64,000 bases of DNA from Vicinamibacterales bacterium (lineage in GTDB: Bacteria; Acidobacteriota; Vicinamibacteria; Vicinamibacterales; 2-12-FULL-66-21), in contig JBMDXQ010000090.1 in the NCBI GenBank assembly GCA_048594975.1, positions 7,093 through 71,092 of the forward strand, read 5' to 3'. Under the pieces are notes generated by a model. That model saw only the letters and a program-made list of their open reading frames with translations, was not told the origin of the DNA and made no database searches. Position 1 is the first letter of the stretch. Every line of letters starts with the position of its first letter. The position numbers were made by a program, and so were the translations under genes. Positions 46,685-56,069 of this stretch are shown piece by piece.

Positions 46685-47251
46685 TCACTCGGCCGGTACT
46701 TCCCTCCCGCTCCCGTACCGATTGAACTCCTCGAGGAACGTCAGCGACTCGAAAGAGCGCATGCGATCGAAAAAGAGCACGCCGTCGAGGTGGTCGGTCT
46801 CGTGTTGGACGACCCGCGCGGTGAAGCCGCTCACGCGCAGCTCGATCCGCTTGCCGCCGCGATCGTAGCCGCGCACTGTGATCTGCCGCGCGCGCGGGAC
46901 ACGGCCGCGGATGTCGGGAATGCTCAGGCAGCCCTCCCAGTCCTCGGTGAGGTCGGCACCCACCGGCGTGATCTCAGGGTTGACGAGTGCCATCAGCGGC
47001 ACCCGGTCCTCGTCCGGGACCCTCTCGTCCTCCTCGTCGTGCGGTGACGGCGCGAAGCCGCACACGAACAGCCGCAGGCTTTCGTGCACCTGCGGCGCCG
47101 CCAGCCCCACTCCCTGGTACTCCCTCATCGTGTCGAACATGTCGTCGATCAGCCGCTGGAACTGCGGCGACCGGATCAGCGCCGGCTCGACCGGCCGGGC
47201 GGGTGCGCGGAGCAGGGGGTGGCCCATGCGGGCGACCTTCAAGATGGACAT
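46685..47251 (-). CDS. def: Peptide deformylase
   Basis: GVGLAAPQV, EGCLS, QHETDHLDG. Confidence 0.95.
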   Translation of the reverse strand: MSILKVARMGHPLLRAPARPVEPALIRSPQFQRLIDDMFDTMREYQGVGLAAPQVHESLRLFVCGFAPSPHDEEDERVPDEDRVPLMALVNPEITPVGADLTEDWEGCLSIPDIRGRVPRARQITVRGYDRGGKRIELRVSGFTARVVQHETDHLDGVLFFDRMRSFESLTFLEEFNRYGSGREVPAE

Positions 47252-47402
47252 AGCTGGATTATAGGGCTGGCAATAATTCCCACCGGCCATCGACCTGCCG
47301 GGCGAAGCAACCCACCTTCCAGGACCGACTGCTGACAACGCGATTGGGAGTTCCGCAGTTTGGGAGTTGGCGCTTGGTAATTGGGAGTTATCGTTGTCCC
47401 CA

Positions 47403-47912
47403 GTGCAGTACAGGTATTGTCCGCTGTGCGCCGGAACGCTCGAGCCGAAGGTACTGAAGGCGGGCGAGCCGCAGCGGCTGGTCTGCGGCCGCTGCGCGTT
47501 CGTCTTCTACCTCGATCCGAAGGTCGCGGTGGGGACGATCATCGCGGTCGAGGACGGACGCCTCGTACTCGTCAAGCGGGCCATCGAGCCCGGCTACGGG
47601 CTCTGGGTGTTTCCCGGCGGCTACGTGGATCGCGGCGAGGAGATCACCGCGGCGGCGGTCCGTGAGGCGCGCGAGGAGTCCGGGCTCGACGTCCGCCTCG
47701 ACGGGCTCGTCAACATCTACTCCTATCCCGGCCGTCCGCTGATCATCATCGTGTATGCAGCGACCGCGCTCGGCGGCGAGCTGTGCGCCGACGACGAGTG
47801 CCTGGAAGCGAGGCTGTTCGCACCGCGCGAGATTCCGTGGGACGAGCTCGCGTTCCCGAGCACCGGCGACGCGCTGCGCGATTACCTGGCGGGACGAGTG
47901 CAAGGGATGTAA
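47403..47912 (+). CDS. NUDIX hydrolase with N-terminal zinc ribbon
   Basis: YCPLCA..CGRC, PGGYVDRGEEITAAAVREAREESG. Confidence 0.88.
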   Translation: MQYRYCPLCAGTLEPKVLKAGEPQRLVCGRCAFVFYLDPKVAVGTIIAVEDGRLVLVKRAIEPGYGLWVFPGGYVDRGEEITAAAVREAREESGLDVRLDGLVNIYSYPGRPLIIIVYAATALGGELCADDECLEARLFAPREIPWDELAFPSTGDALRDYLAGRVQGM

Positions 47913-48098
47913 GTGACGCGATTGCGTGTCGCGCCACGTCCGAACGTGCAGCGGCGCCGCGACCTCAGCCGTTCCCCCTCCGGTCTCGTTCGGTGCGCGC
48001 TCGCCGCTTCGCTGTTCCGGCGATGGTATGATCCTCGCCGACCACCACCTACATTCGCGGCGGCCAGCGCCCGATAGAAGGTCGGGGGAAGACGACCT

Positions 48099-48554
48099 AT
48101 GGAGACACGCTACTGCTTCCTCGCCGCGGTGGTCGCCATCGCCGCCGCGGGATGCGTCGATTACGAACGTCGGAGCGGGACGGGGCCGTCGGCCAGCGGC
48201 ATCAACGCGCTGTCGGGCCACTGGTCGTCCTCCAACATCATTCCGTCGCCGCAATCCTGCAGCAACTTCCAGTGGACCGCGTCGCAACAGACGCCGACGT
48301 CGGCCCGGGGCTCGTTCAGCGCCAGGTGCGCCGGCGACCTTCAGGTCTCCGGGGTCGCCGAGGGATCGTTCGCGCCGAACACGACCTCCGTGATCAACTG
48401 GAGCGCGAGCGGCACCGCCACCGGGCCCGGGATCACCAACTGCGAGATCACGCTGCAGGGTACGGCGGAGCTCGGCGTCGACTCGATCCGCATCCCCTAC
48501 TCCGGCAGGACATGCCTCGGCTTCGTCTCCGGGGTCCAGATGCTCACGCGTTGA
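48099..48554 (+). CDS. Hypothetical lipoprotein
   Basis: Lipobox AAGC; Ser/Thr/Gly-rich beta body with 4 further Cys. Confidence 0.7.
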   Translation: METRYCFLAAVVAIAAAGCVDYERRSGTGPSASGINALSGHWSSSNIIPSPQSCSNFQWTASQQTPTSARGSFSARCAGDLQVSGVAEGSFAPNTTSVINWSASGTATGPGITNCEITLQGTAELGVDSIRIPYSGRTCLGFVSGVQMLTR

Positions 48555-48679
48555 GCGACGATGCGTGCGTCAGGCACCACCTGTGAGGAACAGGAGCAAG
48601 GGAGAAAGGGAGTCATTTGAAAGCGTCGTCCCACCGTCACGCCAGGTCCATTCCGGAAACTATGAGCTGGAAGTAGCCC

Positions 48680-49576
48680 ATGCTGAGAGGACCCATAGCC
48701 GTCGCAGGCGTCACGCTCACCGTGTGGGTAACTGGGTCCGGAATTCTCGGCCCTCATGGATCGGTTCACGCCCGCGTGGTCAATGGCGTCGAGGCCGGGA
48801 CGCGACTCGCCAATGTCGGCATGGTCGTTGGACGCTTCGAAGTCGGCGGCCCGTGGCGGTGGCTGGGGTGTTCGGGCACGTTGATCGCCCGGCACGTCTT
48901 TCTGACCGCCGCTCACTGCGTTGCGCCGAACGTCGGCTTTGTGGCGGAATTCGGTGTCACCTTCACCGCATCGATACCGATCGTGCAAGGCGATTTCAAC
49001 CCCTCGATCCCACCTGGGGTTCGCGTCTACGCCGGCGAGGCATTCGTCCATCCGGATTTTGACAGCACGACGCTGACCACTCCTGAGGCGGATTCGTTCG
49101 ACCTCGCGGTAATCAGGTTAAGCGAGAGGGTGGTCGGGATGCCACCCGCGCAACTTGTCCTACCCGACCACTTCGATCTCTTCCAGAACGCCTACGAGCA
49201 CTTAGGGCTTGGCCAGGCGGGTTACGGGAACACCAGTTTCTTGCCGTTCTTGGGACTGGAGCCCTTTGACTGGGGCGTCAGGCGATATACGACTGGCCGG
49301 CTCGACACGGTCTACGCGGCGAAGGTCACGGTTGCACCCGCCCCGGGTCAGATTTGCGCCGGCGATTCAGGTGGGCCAGGTTTTCCAGCCGTTATCGACG
49401 ACCTTCAGCATCCGGTGCCACCCTACGTTCACTCGATCAGCGCCATCGTTTCCTTCACTGTCGTCACGGACACGACGTTGCCGTGCGAGACTGCTTCGAT
49501 CCTTTACCGTCTGGACACGCCTCAAGCAAGAGAGTTCCTTGGCGAGTTCGTCACGCTGAAGCACGCGAGTTTCTAG
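48680..49576 (+). CDS. Secreted S1 (chymotrypsin-fold) serine protease
   Basis: CSGTLI..VFLTAAHC (His), DLAV (Asp), CAGDSGGP (Ser); R|VVNG activation-like site. Confidence 0.88.
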   Translation: MLRGPIAVAGVTLTVWVTGSGILGPHGSVHARVVNGVEAGTRLANVGMVVGRFEVGGPWRWLGCSGTLIARHVFLTAAHCVAPNVGFVAEFGVTFTASIPIVQGDFNPSIPPGVRVYAGEAFVHPDFDSTTLTTPEADSFDLAVIRLSERVVGMPPAQLVLPDHFDLFQNAYEHLGLGQAGYGNTSFLPFLGLEPFDWGVRRYTTGRLDTVYAAKVTVAPAPGQICAGDSGGPGFPAVIDDLQHPVPPYVHSISAIVSFTVVTDTTLPCETASILYRLDTPQAREFLGEFVTLKHASF

Positions 49577-49903
49577 CGCGTGCGCGGTATGTGTGTCGCT
49601 TCGGCTGCCCGCGGTTCTCGGCGTGCGACCAGCTGTCGGTTTGCAGAAGGTATGGACCCCGGATTCTCAAAACCTTTCCCCCTGGGAGTTCCCTGGTCTA
49701 CCGCGCACTGAGCGTGCCCGAATTCGGCGCCGCTGTCAGCCTCCTTCGTTCTTCGGTCAATACATGACGATGATCGGCCGCGGAAATGTGGGTCATAGCG
49801 TTGGCGTAGGCGCACGGCAACCCCCTGGCTCTCCTGCTCCCTGTGCAGCACGCCCGGATACGGCACCGGCTAACGAAGCGACGAGGAAGAGCCTCCGGCC
49901 GAG

Positions 49904-50908
49904 CTACTTCAGATCGTCGGCGCTCTTCGCGCCGTAGACCTCGAACCACGGCCGCGCCGCGGCAAGCCGCTCATTCACCTTCGTGATGTTCTTCACTCCG
50001 TCGCCTTCGAGCCAGGCCCTGAACGCCGCCCCGCCCTGCGTGGCGTACACCGGCATCCCGTCCTTCCACGTGGCGCGGCCGCAGAGCACGCCGGAGAAGC
50101 GTGTGCCGGCCTCCGCCGCGAGCTCCAGCGATTCGGTGAACTCGGCGTTGCTGACCCCCGCCGACAGGTAGATGAACGGCTTGGTCGCGACCTCGGCGGC
50201 GCGGCGGAAGTGATCCATCGCCTGCGGCTTCGTGTACGCCATCTCGCCGCCGAAAGCGCGCGTGCCGTCGACGTATTTCATGTTGACCGGCACCTCGACC
50301 TTCATCACGTCGACGCCGTAGCGTTCCTTGGTGAACTCCGCCATGCTGGCCGTCACGATTTCCGGCTTCTTCCTCGCGTACTCCGGCCCCTTCTCGTCGG
50401 CCCCCTCCTCGTAGCCCACGAACTCGAGGAAGAACGGGATGTCGTTCGCCCGGCACTCGTCACCGATGCGCTCCACCCAGGCGTGCTTCCGCTCGTTGAC
50501 GTCCTTCGGATCGAACGGCGTGTAGTAGAGCAGGATCTTGATGCAGTCGGCGCCCGCGTCCTTCAGACGGCGCACCGACCAGAGGTCGAGCAGGTCGGGC
50601 AGCCGGCCCGGGCCCGTCTTGTCGTAGCCGGTCTTCTCGTAGGCGAGCAGCAGCCCGGCACCCTTCGCCCGCCGCTGGCTCGCCGGCAGCCCCCACTCCG
50701 GATCCAGCAGGATCGCGCTGGCGTGCTTCGTCAACACCTCGGTGACCAGCGTCTTGAACTCCTCCATCTCGCGGTCGCCGACCTTCGCGTTGTCCTTCGC
50801 CAGCGCCTTCTTCAGCGATCCGCGCTGGTCCATTGCCGCCGCCGCGATCACGCCGCGTTCGTTCGAAACCGCCTTCATGCCATTGAGTTTGCCGGGTGTG
50901 ATCTTCAC
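49904..50908 (-). CDS. lacD: Tagatose-1,6-bisphosphate aldolase
   Basis: AAAAMDQRGSL, ILLDPEWG, KILLYY, DVMKVEVP, YLSAGVS, GVLCGRATW. Confidence 0.9.
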   Translation of the reverse strand: MKITPGKLNGMKAVSNERGVIAAAAMDQRGSLKKALAKDNAKVGDREMEEFKTLVTEVLTKHASAILLDPEWGLPASQRRAKGAGLLLAYEKTGYDKTGPGRLPDLLDLWSVRRLKDAGADCIKILLYYTPFDPKDVNERKHAWVERIGDECRANDIPFFLEFVGYEEGADEKGPEYARKKPEIVTASMAEFTKERYGVDVMKVEVPVNMKYVDGTRAFGGEMAYTKPQAMDHFRRAAEVATKPFIYLSAGVSNAEFTESLELAAEAGTRFSGVLCGRATWKDGMPVYATQGGAAFRAWLEGDGVKNITKVNERLAAARPWFEVYGAKSADDLK

Positions 50909-50927
50909 GGTGTCCTCTTCAATCAGT

Positions 50928-50973
50928 GCGCGTGGGGCCGCACCCCACGCGCCTCTACGCGCGCTTCGCGCGC
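50928..50973. repeat. Tandem hairpins (REP-like or terminator) between thiI and lacD
   Basis: GCGCGTGGGG-CCGCA-CCCCACGCGC perfect 10-bp stem, then GCGCGC-TTC-GCGCGC. Confidence 0.55.
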
Positions 50974-51037
50974 GGGCACATGGGTCCTTTTCGCCTGTCC
51001 GATCATTCTGGCACACGCGCTGCGGCGAGGCCGGCCA

Positions 51038-52219
51038 TCAGGGAACCTTATCAACAGCGGCGGGAAATTGGAACGCTTCCACCGCCGCCGAAGCGACCGC
51101 CTCCTCGACCATCTCGGCGATCGGCAGCGGCTCTTCCGCCCGTTCGACGTCGGCGCGGCGCGCCTTCGTCGCCGGGTGCCGCGGCGTGAACAGCGTGCAG
51201 CAGTCCTGGTCCGGGATGATCGATATCGGGTAGGTCCCCAGCCGCGCTGCCTCGGCGCTGATCTCGTCCTTGTCGAGGCCGATGAGCGGCCGCAGCACCG
51301 GCAGCGACACGACCGACTCGATCGCCGCCAGGTTCTCGACCGTCTGCGAGGCCACCTGCCCGACGACCTCGCCGGTGACCAGCGCCTGGGCGCGGTGCCG
51401 GCGCCCGATCTCCTCGGCGATGCGCATCATCAGCCGCCGGTAGATCACGACGCGCAGCGGCGGCGCGACGGCGAGGACGACGCGCTGCTGGATCTCGCCG
51501 AAGGGAACCAGGAACAGCCGCGACTCGAACTGGTAGCGCGTGAGCAGCGTCACCAGCTCGCGCACCTTCTCCTGCGAGGCCCGCGACAGGATCGGGTAGC
51601 TGTGGAAGTGGACGAAGAGCACGCGGCAGCCGCGGCGCATCATCCGCCAGGCGGCGACCGGGGAATCGATGCCGCCGGACAGCAGGCACACGACGCGTCC
51701 GCTGGTGCCTGCCGGCAGCCCCCCGGCGCCGCGCTCCTTGCCGAAGAAGTAGAAGGCCTCGCTGGTCAGCGTCTCGACGTGGATGGTCAGCTCCGGCTTC
51801 TCGAGATCGACCGCCCATCCCGTCGCCTGCTTGATCCGTCCGCCGATCTCCCGCTCGATCTGCGGCGAGGTGAGCGGAAAGCGCTTATCCGCCCTTCGCG
51901 CCGACACGCGGAACGTTCGCGCCTCGCGGTCGCCCAGGTCCGCCAGGATCTCGCGCGCGATCGCATCCACATCCAGCGGCGCCCGCCCCGCCTTCGCGAA
52001 GTTGGCCACGCCGAACACGCCGGCAACGCGGTCGCGCACTTCCGCCCAGTCCGCCGACGGACCCAGCTGAATCTCGATGCGTCCCATGAGCGCGCGCACG
52101 GCGATGACGTCGAGGTCTGACACCGCCTGGCGGAGATTCCGCACCAGCCGGGCGATGAACCACGGGCGGTTGGCTCCCTTGAGGGCGATCTCCTGGTAGT
52201 GGACGACGATGGATTTCAT
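51038..52219 (-). CDS. thiI: tRNA 4-thiouridine synthase ThiI (THUMP plus PP-loop, no rhodanese domain)
   Basis: HYQEIALKGANR, LLSGGIDSPVA, GEVVGQVASQT, DQDCC..TPRHPAT. Confidence 0.92.
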   Translation of the reverse strand: MKSIVVHYQEIALKGANRPWFIARLVRNLRQAVSDLDVIAVRALMGRIEIQLGPSADWAEVRDRVAGVFGVANFAKAGRAPLDVDAIAREILADLGDREARTFRVSARRADKRFPLTSPQIEREIGGRIKQATGWAVDLEKPELTIHVETLTSEAFYFFGKERGAGGLPAGTSGRVVCLLSGGIDSPVAAWRMMRRGCRVLFVHFHSYPILSRASQEKVRELVTLLTRYQFESRLFLVPFGEIQQRVVLAVAPPLRVVIYRRLMMRIAEEIGRRHRAQALVTGEVVGQVASQTVENLAAIESVVSLPVLRPLIGLDKDEISAEAARLGTYPISIIPDQDCCTLFTPRHPATKARRADVERAEEPLPIAEMVEEAVASAAVEAFQFPAAVDKVP

Positions 52220-52240
52220 GGGTGTCAATGCCGGATGACG

Positions 52241-52297
52241 AACGCCGAATGCCGAACGCGTGCCTTGTTCGGCATTCAGCATTCGGCATTCAGCACT
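52241..52297. repeat. GCCGAAT/ATTCGGC heptamer stutter forming an 11-bp hairpin
   Basis: GAATGCCGAAC (52247) / GTTCGGCATTC (52267) plus additional CATTC(A/G)G units. Confidence 0.7.
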
Positions 52298-53601
52298 GAC
52301 GAGGCCGCGCGGTGCCCCGAAACTACGGCACTCTCAATCGTACCGGGCAGCCCCGTGTCTATCCAGTCGCCTGCCAGCACCAGGCCGGCGACCGGGGTCT
52401 CCGTCGACGGCCGCGGCGGCTGGCCGGGCGCGAGCGAGAAGGTCGCCTGCTTCTCGCGGATCGCGCTGCCGCGGAGCAGCGCCGCGCCGCGTGCGGCAGG
52501 CAGCGCGCCGGCCACCTCGGCAGCAGCCAGCCGCACGAGCTCCTCCGCCGGCCGGGCGGCGATCGCTCCGGCCGCGCTCGACACCAGCGATAGGTGCGAT
52601 GCCTCCTCCCCGAACGCCAGCCGTTTCTCAAACACCCACTGCATCGTCCGCCCGGGCAGCCCGAGGATCGCCTCCGTCATGATCGGGCGGTCGTACCACA
52701 GGTTGACGGTGACGATTGGCTTCGAGGCCATCGCCGCCGCCGATCGGACGATCGGCGCCATCGCCGCCGGCACCCCGCCGCCGAACAGCTGACGCAGCGC
52801 GTGCCACGGCACCGCGGCCACCGCGCGCGCCACCGGGACGCGCTCTCCCCGCACCTCCACTGCTTCGACGCGGTCGCCGTGGACGACGAGGCGCGCCAGC
52901 GCGCCGGTTCGCACCTCGCCGCCGCGCGCGGCGATGTACTCGCGCGCCGGCTCCGCGTACATCAGGTGCAGCGGCCGGGTCGGGAGGACGATCGCCGAAG
53001 CAGACGCCTCGGGCCCGAACATCTCCGCCAGCACCCGCACGAACGGCGCGGCGGCCGCTTCGCCCGGCAGCTGGTTCAGCGCCGCGACCGCGAGCGGCTC
53101 CCAGAGCCACTTCCGCAGCCGCTTGCCCTGACGGTTCGCTGCCAGCCACTCGGCCACGGTCTGGTCGCGCGGCAGCACGCCGCGCCGCGCTCGCCGCAAC
53201 GGCCCCGCGAGCCGCAGCGCCGACAGGCGATCGGACCACGGAAGCGTGTCCCAGTCGAGAATGGCGGCAAGCAGGTGGAGCGGCGCCGGCAGCGGCGGGC
53301 AGCGCAGCACCGAGCGGCGGCCGCGGAGGTCGATGAACGGCACTTCGAGCGCCGGGGACACGCGCACGCGATCCTCGGCCCCGATGCGGCGCAGGAACCG
53401 CATCGTCTCGTAGTAGCACCCAAAGAGCACGTGCTGCCCGTTGTCGACGAGCTCGCCGGTGACGCGATCGACGAACGCGGTGGCGCGGCCGCCGAGCTGC
53501 GGCCGCGCTTCCAGGACCAGGACGCGGGCTCCGGACGCCGCCAGCGCCGTCGCTGCCGACAGTCCGGCGAAGCCGCCGCCGATGATGACGACGTCGACCA
53601 T
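52276..53601 (-). CDS. hpnE: Hydroxysqualene dehydroxylase
   Basis: GGGFAGLSAA, LGGRA, VDNGQHVLFGCY, LAGDWIDTGLPGTIESAV; follows hpnC/hpnD. Confidence 0.9.
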   Translation of the reverse strand: MVDVVIIGGGFAGLSAATALAASGARVLVLEARPQLGGRATAFVDRVTGELVDNGQHVLFGCYYETMRFLRRIGAEDRVRVSPALEVPFIDLRGRRSVLRCPPLPAPLHLLAAILDWDTLPWSDRLSALRLAGPLRRARRGVLPRDQTVAEWLAANRQGKRLRKWLWEPLAVAALNQLPGEAAAAPFVRVLAEMFGPEASASAIVLPTRPLHLMYAEPAREYIAARGGEVRTGALARLVVHGDRVEAVEVRGERVPVARAVAAVPWHALRQLFGGGVPAAMAPIVRSAAAMASKPIVTVNLWYDRPIMTEAILGLPGRTMQWVFEKRLAFGEEASHLSLVSSAAGAIAARPAEELVRLAAAEVAGALPAARGAALLRGSAIREKQATFSLAPGQPPRPSTETPVAGLVLAGDWIDTGLPGTIESAVVSGHRAASSVLNAEC

Positions 53602-54435
53602 TCAGACGCCCGCGATGGTGCGGAGCCAGGTGCGCGCGGCGATGAGCGCGCGCCGGGGACGGGGGATGCGGACGACGCGGGAGAAGACGTCGTAGCCGGA
53701 ACCCTCGATGGCGTCGAGGATGGCCTCGTAGATCGCGCCCATGATCTCGGCGGCGGCGAGACGGCGGGCGTCCGCCGGCGGCAGCGCCGCTGCCGCACGC
53801 CGGTAATAGTCGCGCGCGCGTGCCGCCTGCGACGCGAGCAGCGCGCGGACCGCGGCCGAACGAACGCCCGCGCCGGCCGATGCCGCCTCCGCCCGCAGGT
53901 CGGCTTCGCTCACGCCGAACTGCTGCAGCTCGGCCTGCGGCAGGTACATGCGGCCGCGCGCCAGGTCGGCGGCGACGTCGCGCAGGATGTTCGTCAGCTG
54001 GAGCGCGATCCCCAGATCGGTCGCGTACTGCCGCGCGCGCGGGTCGCGGCAGCCGAAGATCGACAGGCACACGATCCCCACCGCCGACGCGACGCGAACG
54101 CAGTATTCGTACAGGTCGGCGAAGGTCTCGTACCGCCTGGAGCCGACGTCCATCTCCACGCCCTCGATGAGCGCCTCGAACGAGTCCCGCGGCAGACCGA
54201 ATCGGCGGATGAACGGCACGAGCGCCGCGCCCTGCGGCGTCACCGGGACGGCGCCGTCGAAGCACGCGGCGAGCTCGCGACGCCAGCGCTTGATCTCCGC
54301 CGCCGCGTCCCCGGCCCCCGCTTCGTCCGCCGCGTCGTCCACCGCGCGGCAGAAGTCCCACACCGCCACGATGGCGCGCCGCTTCTCGGCGGGCAGCACG
54401 AGGAACGAGTAGTAGAAGTTGGTGTCGCGAGGCAC
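53602..54435 (-). CDS. hpnD: Presqualene diphosphate synthase
   Basis: TNFYYSF..LP, FCRAVDDAAD, YCVRVASAVG, LQLTNILRDV. Confidence 0.85.
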   Translation of the reverse strand: MPRDTNFYYSFLVLPAEKRRAIVAVWDFCRAVDDAADEAGAGDAAAEIKRWRRELAACFDGAVPVTPQGAALVPFIRRFGLPRDSFEALIEGVEMDVGSRRYETFADLYEYCVRVASAVGIVCLSIFGCRDPRARQYATDLGIALQLTNILRDVAADLARGRMYLPQAELQQFGVSEADLRAEAASAGAGVRSAAVRALLASQAARARDYYRRAAAALPPADARRLAAAEIMGAIYEAILDAIEGSGYDVFSRVVRIPRPRRALIAARTWLRTIAGV

Positions 54436-54439
54436 CTGA

Positions 54440-54533
54440 GTCGACAGTCGTCAGTCGATAGTCACAGTCAGGGTCTCAGAGTCAGGGTCAGAGTCAGGGT
54501 CAGAGTCAAAGTCAGAGTCCGGGTCGAAGTCAC
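54440..54533. repeat. (A/G)GTCAG hexamer tandem array between hpnC and hpnD
   Basis: GAGTCAGGGTCAGAGTCAGGGTCAGAGTCAAAGTCAGAGTC visible directly. Confidence 0.75.
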
Positions 54534-54558
54534 GTCCTCTTCACCCTACCAGTACCAT

Positions 54559-55461
54559 TTACCATTTCGTGCCCGCGTCCGCGTCCCAGCGGACGGCTCG
54601 CCAGAGCAGGGTGGCAGCCTCGGCCCGGCCGATCGCGGGGCGGCGATCGAACACGTCGTAGCCGATCCGTTGCAGCTTCTCGAGGATTTGCATGCCGCCG
54701 AGCCAGGTCAGGCGCAGCTCCCAGCGCAGCCGTCCGCGCACGGCGTCGCAAACCGGCCGCCCGCGCACGAACAGCTCGCGCGTGCGCTGCACGAGCTCGG
54801 CGAGCGTGGCGCGCCATTCCGGGGTCATGCGGCGCGCCGCCAGGTCCTCTTCCCGCGCGCCGTGACGAAGGCGATCGTCGAGCGCAACGTACAGCCGGCC
54901 GCGGCGCCAGTCGCGATCGAGATCCTGCCAGAAGTTGGTGAGCTGCAGCGCGGTGCATACATCGTCCGAGGCGCGGTCGAGCGCCGGATCGTCGCGGCCG
55001 GCCACGCGCAGCACCAGCCGGCCGACCGGGTTGGCGGATCGGCGGCAGTAGTCGAGCACCTCCGCCCAGGTTTCGTAGCGGTTGGTGGTGACGTCCTGGC
55101 GGAACGCGTCCAGCAGATCCTCGAACAGCTGCCGGGGCAGGCGGCACGCCGCGATCGTGTGATGCAGCGCCCGGAAGACCGGGACACGCAACGTGTCGGG
55201 AACGGAGGTCAGCTCCGACGCTGGTATGTTCCGGTCCTGCAGGCACATCCTCCACTCGTCCAGGCGGCGCAGGCGGTCGTCGCAGTCGAGGCCGGGCTCG
55301 TCGGCGAAATCGTCCGCGATGCGCGCGAACGCGTAGATGGCGGCGATGTGCGGCCGCATGCCCGCGGGCAGCAGCCGCGAGGCCACGGGGAAGTTCTCGT
55401 AGTGCTCTCGCGCGAGCCGTTCGCACGCGGCGTAGGCGGCGCGCAGGCGCGGGTCTACCAC
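54559..55461 (-). CDS. hpnC: Squalene synthase HpnC (hydroxysqualene synthase)
   Basis: AREHYENFPVASRLLP, YAFARIADDFADE, YCRRSANPVGRLVL, LQLTNFWQD. Confidence 0.92.
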   Translation of the reverse strand: MVDPRLRAAYAACERLAREHYENFPVASRLLPAGMRPHIAAIYAFARIADDFADEPGLDCDDRLRRLDEWRMCLQDRNIPASELTSVPDTLRVPVFRALHHTIAACRLPRQLFEDLLDAFRQDVTTNRYETWAEVLDYCRRSANPVGRLVLRVAGRDDPALDRASDDVCTALQLTNFWQDLDRDWRRGRLYVALDDRLRHGAREEDLAARRMTPEWRATLAELVQRTRELFVRGRPVCDAVRGRLRWELRLTWLGGMQILEKLQRIGYDVFDRRPAIGRAEAATLLWRAVRWDADAGTKW

Positions 55462-55994
55462 TCCGCTTCCGGCGCGCCGGCGCGGCGGTTCACCGCCCGC
55501 GCCATGACGAAGAGCAGGTCGGACAGACGGTTGACGTAGACGAGCAGCTCGGGCTCGAAGGCGTCGCGTCCGAGCGCGACCATCGCCCGCTCGGCGCGGC
55601 GGCACACGGCGCGGGCGACGTGCAGCGCGGCACCCGCCGGCGAGCCGCCCGAGAGGATGAAGCGCCGCAGCGGCGGCACCTCCTCCTCGAGCCGATCGAT
55701 CCACCCTTCGAGGCGCGCCACGTCATCTGCCGTAATCGCAGCCTTCTCGACACGCCCGGCGATGCGCTGTGCAGGGTCGGCGAGCCGCGCGCCGAGCGCG
55801 AACAGATCGCGCTGGATCCGGTCGAGCATCGCGTCGATCGCATCCGGCAGGCGCGCCGCGCGCGCGAAGCCGACGACGGCGTTCAGCTCGTCGACCTCCC
55901 CGTAGGTCGAGACGCGCGGGTCCGCTTTCGACACCCGCGTGCCGTCAAACAGGCCGGTCTCGCCGCCGTCGCCGGACCTGGTGTAGATTTTCAC
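55455..55994 (-). CDS. PduO-type cob(I)alamin adenosyltransferase
   Basis: KIYTRSGDGGET, YGEVDELN, RAVCRRAER, NRLSDLLFVMAR. Confidence 0.92.
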   Translation of the reverse strand: MKIYTRSGDGGETGLFDGTRVSKADPRVSTYGEVDELNAVVGFARAARLPDAIDAMLDRIQRDLFALGARLADPAQRIAGRVEKAAITADDVARLEGWIDRLEEEVPPLRRFILSGGSPAGAALHVARAVCRRAERAMVALGRDAFEPELLVYVNRLSDLLFVMARAVNRRAGAPEAEW

Positions 55995-56069
55995 GGCGCA
56001 ATTATAGGACTACGGCGCGTTCGCGACGGGCCATTGGCCACGGATCGTTCGCACTGGTGCTGCCCACGC

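Noticed and set aside
49577-49900. Possible integrase remnant or att site after the protease
   Set aside because: No recognisable catalytic motif or flanking direct repeat or tRNA
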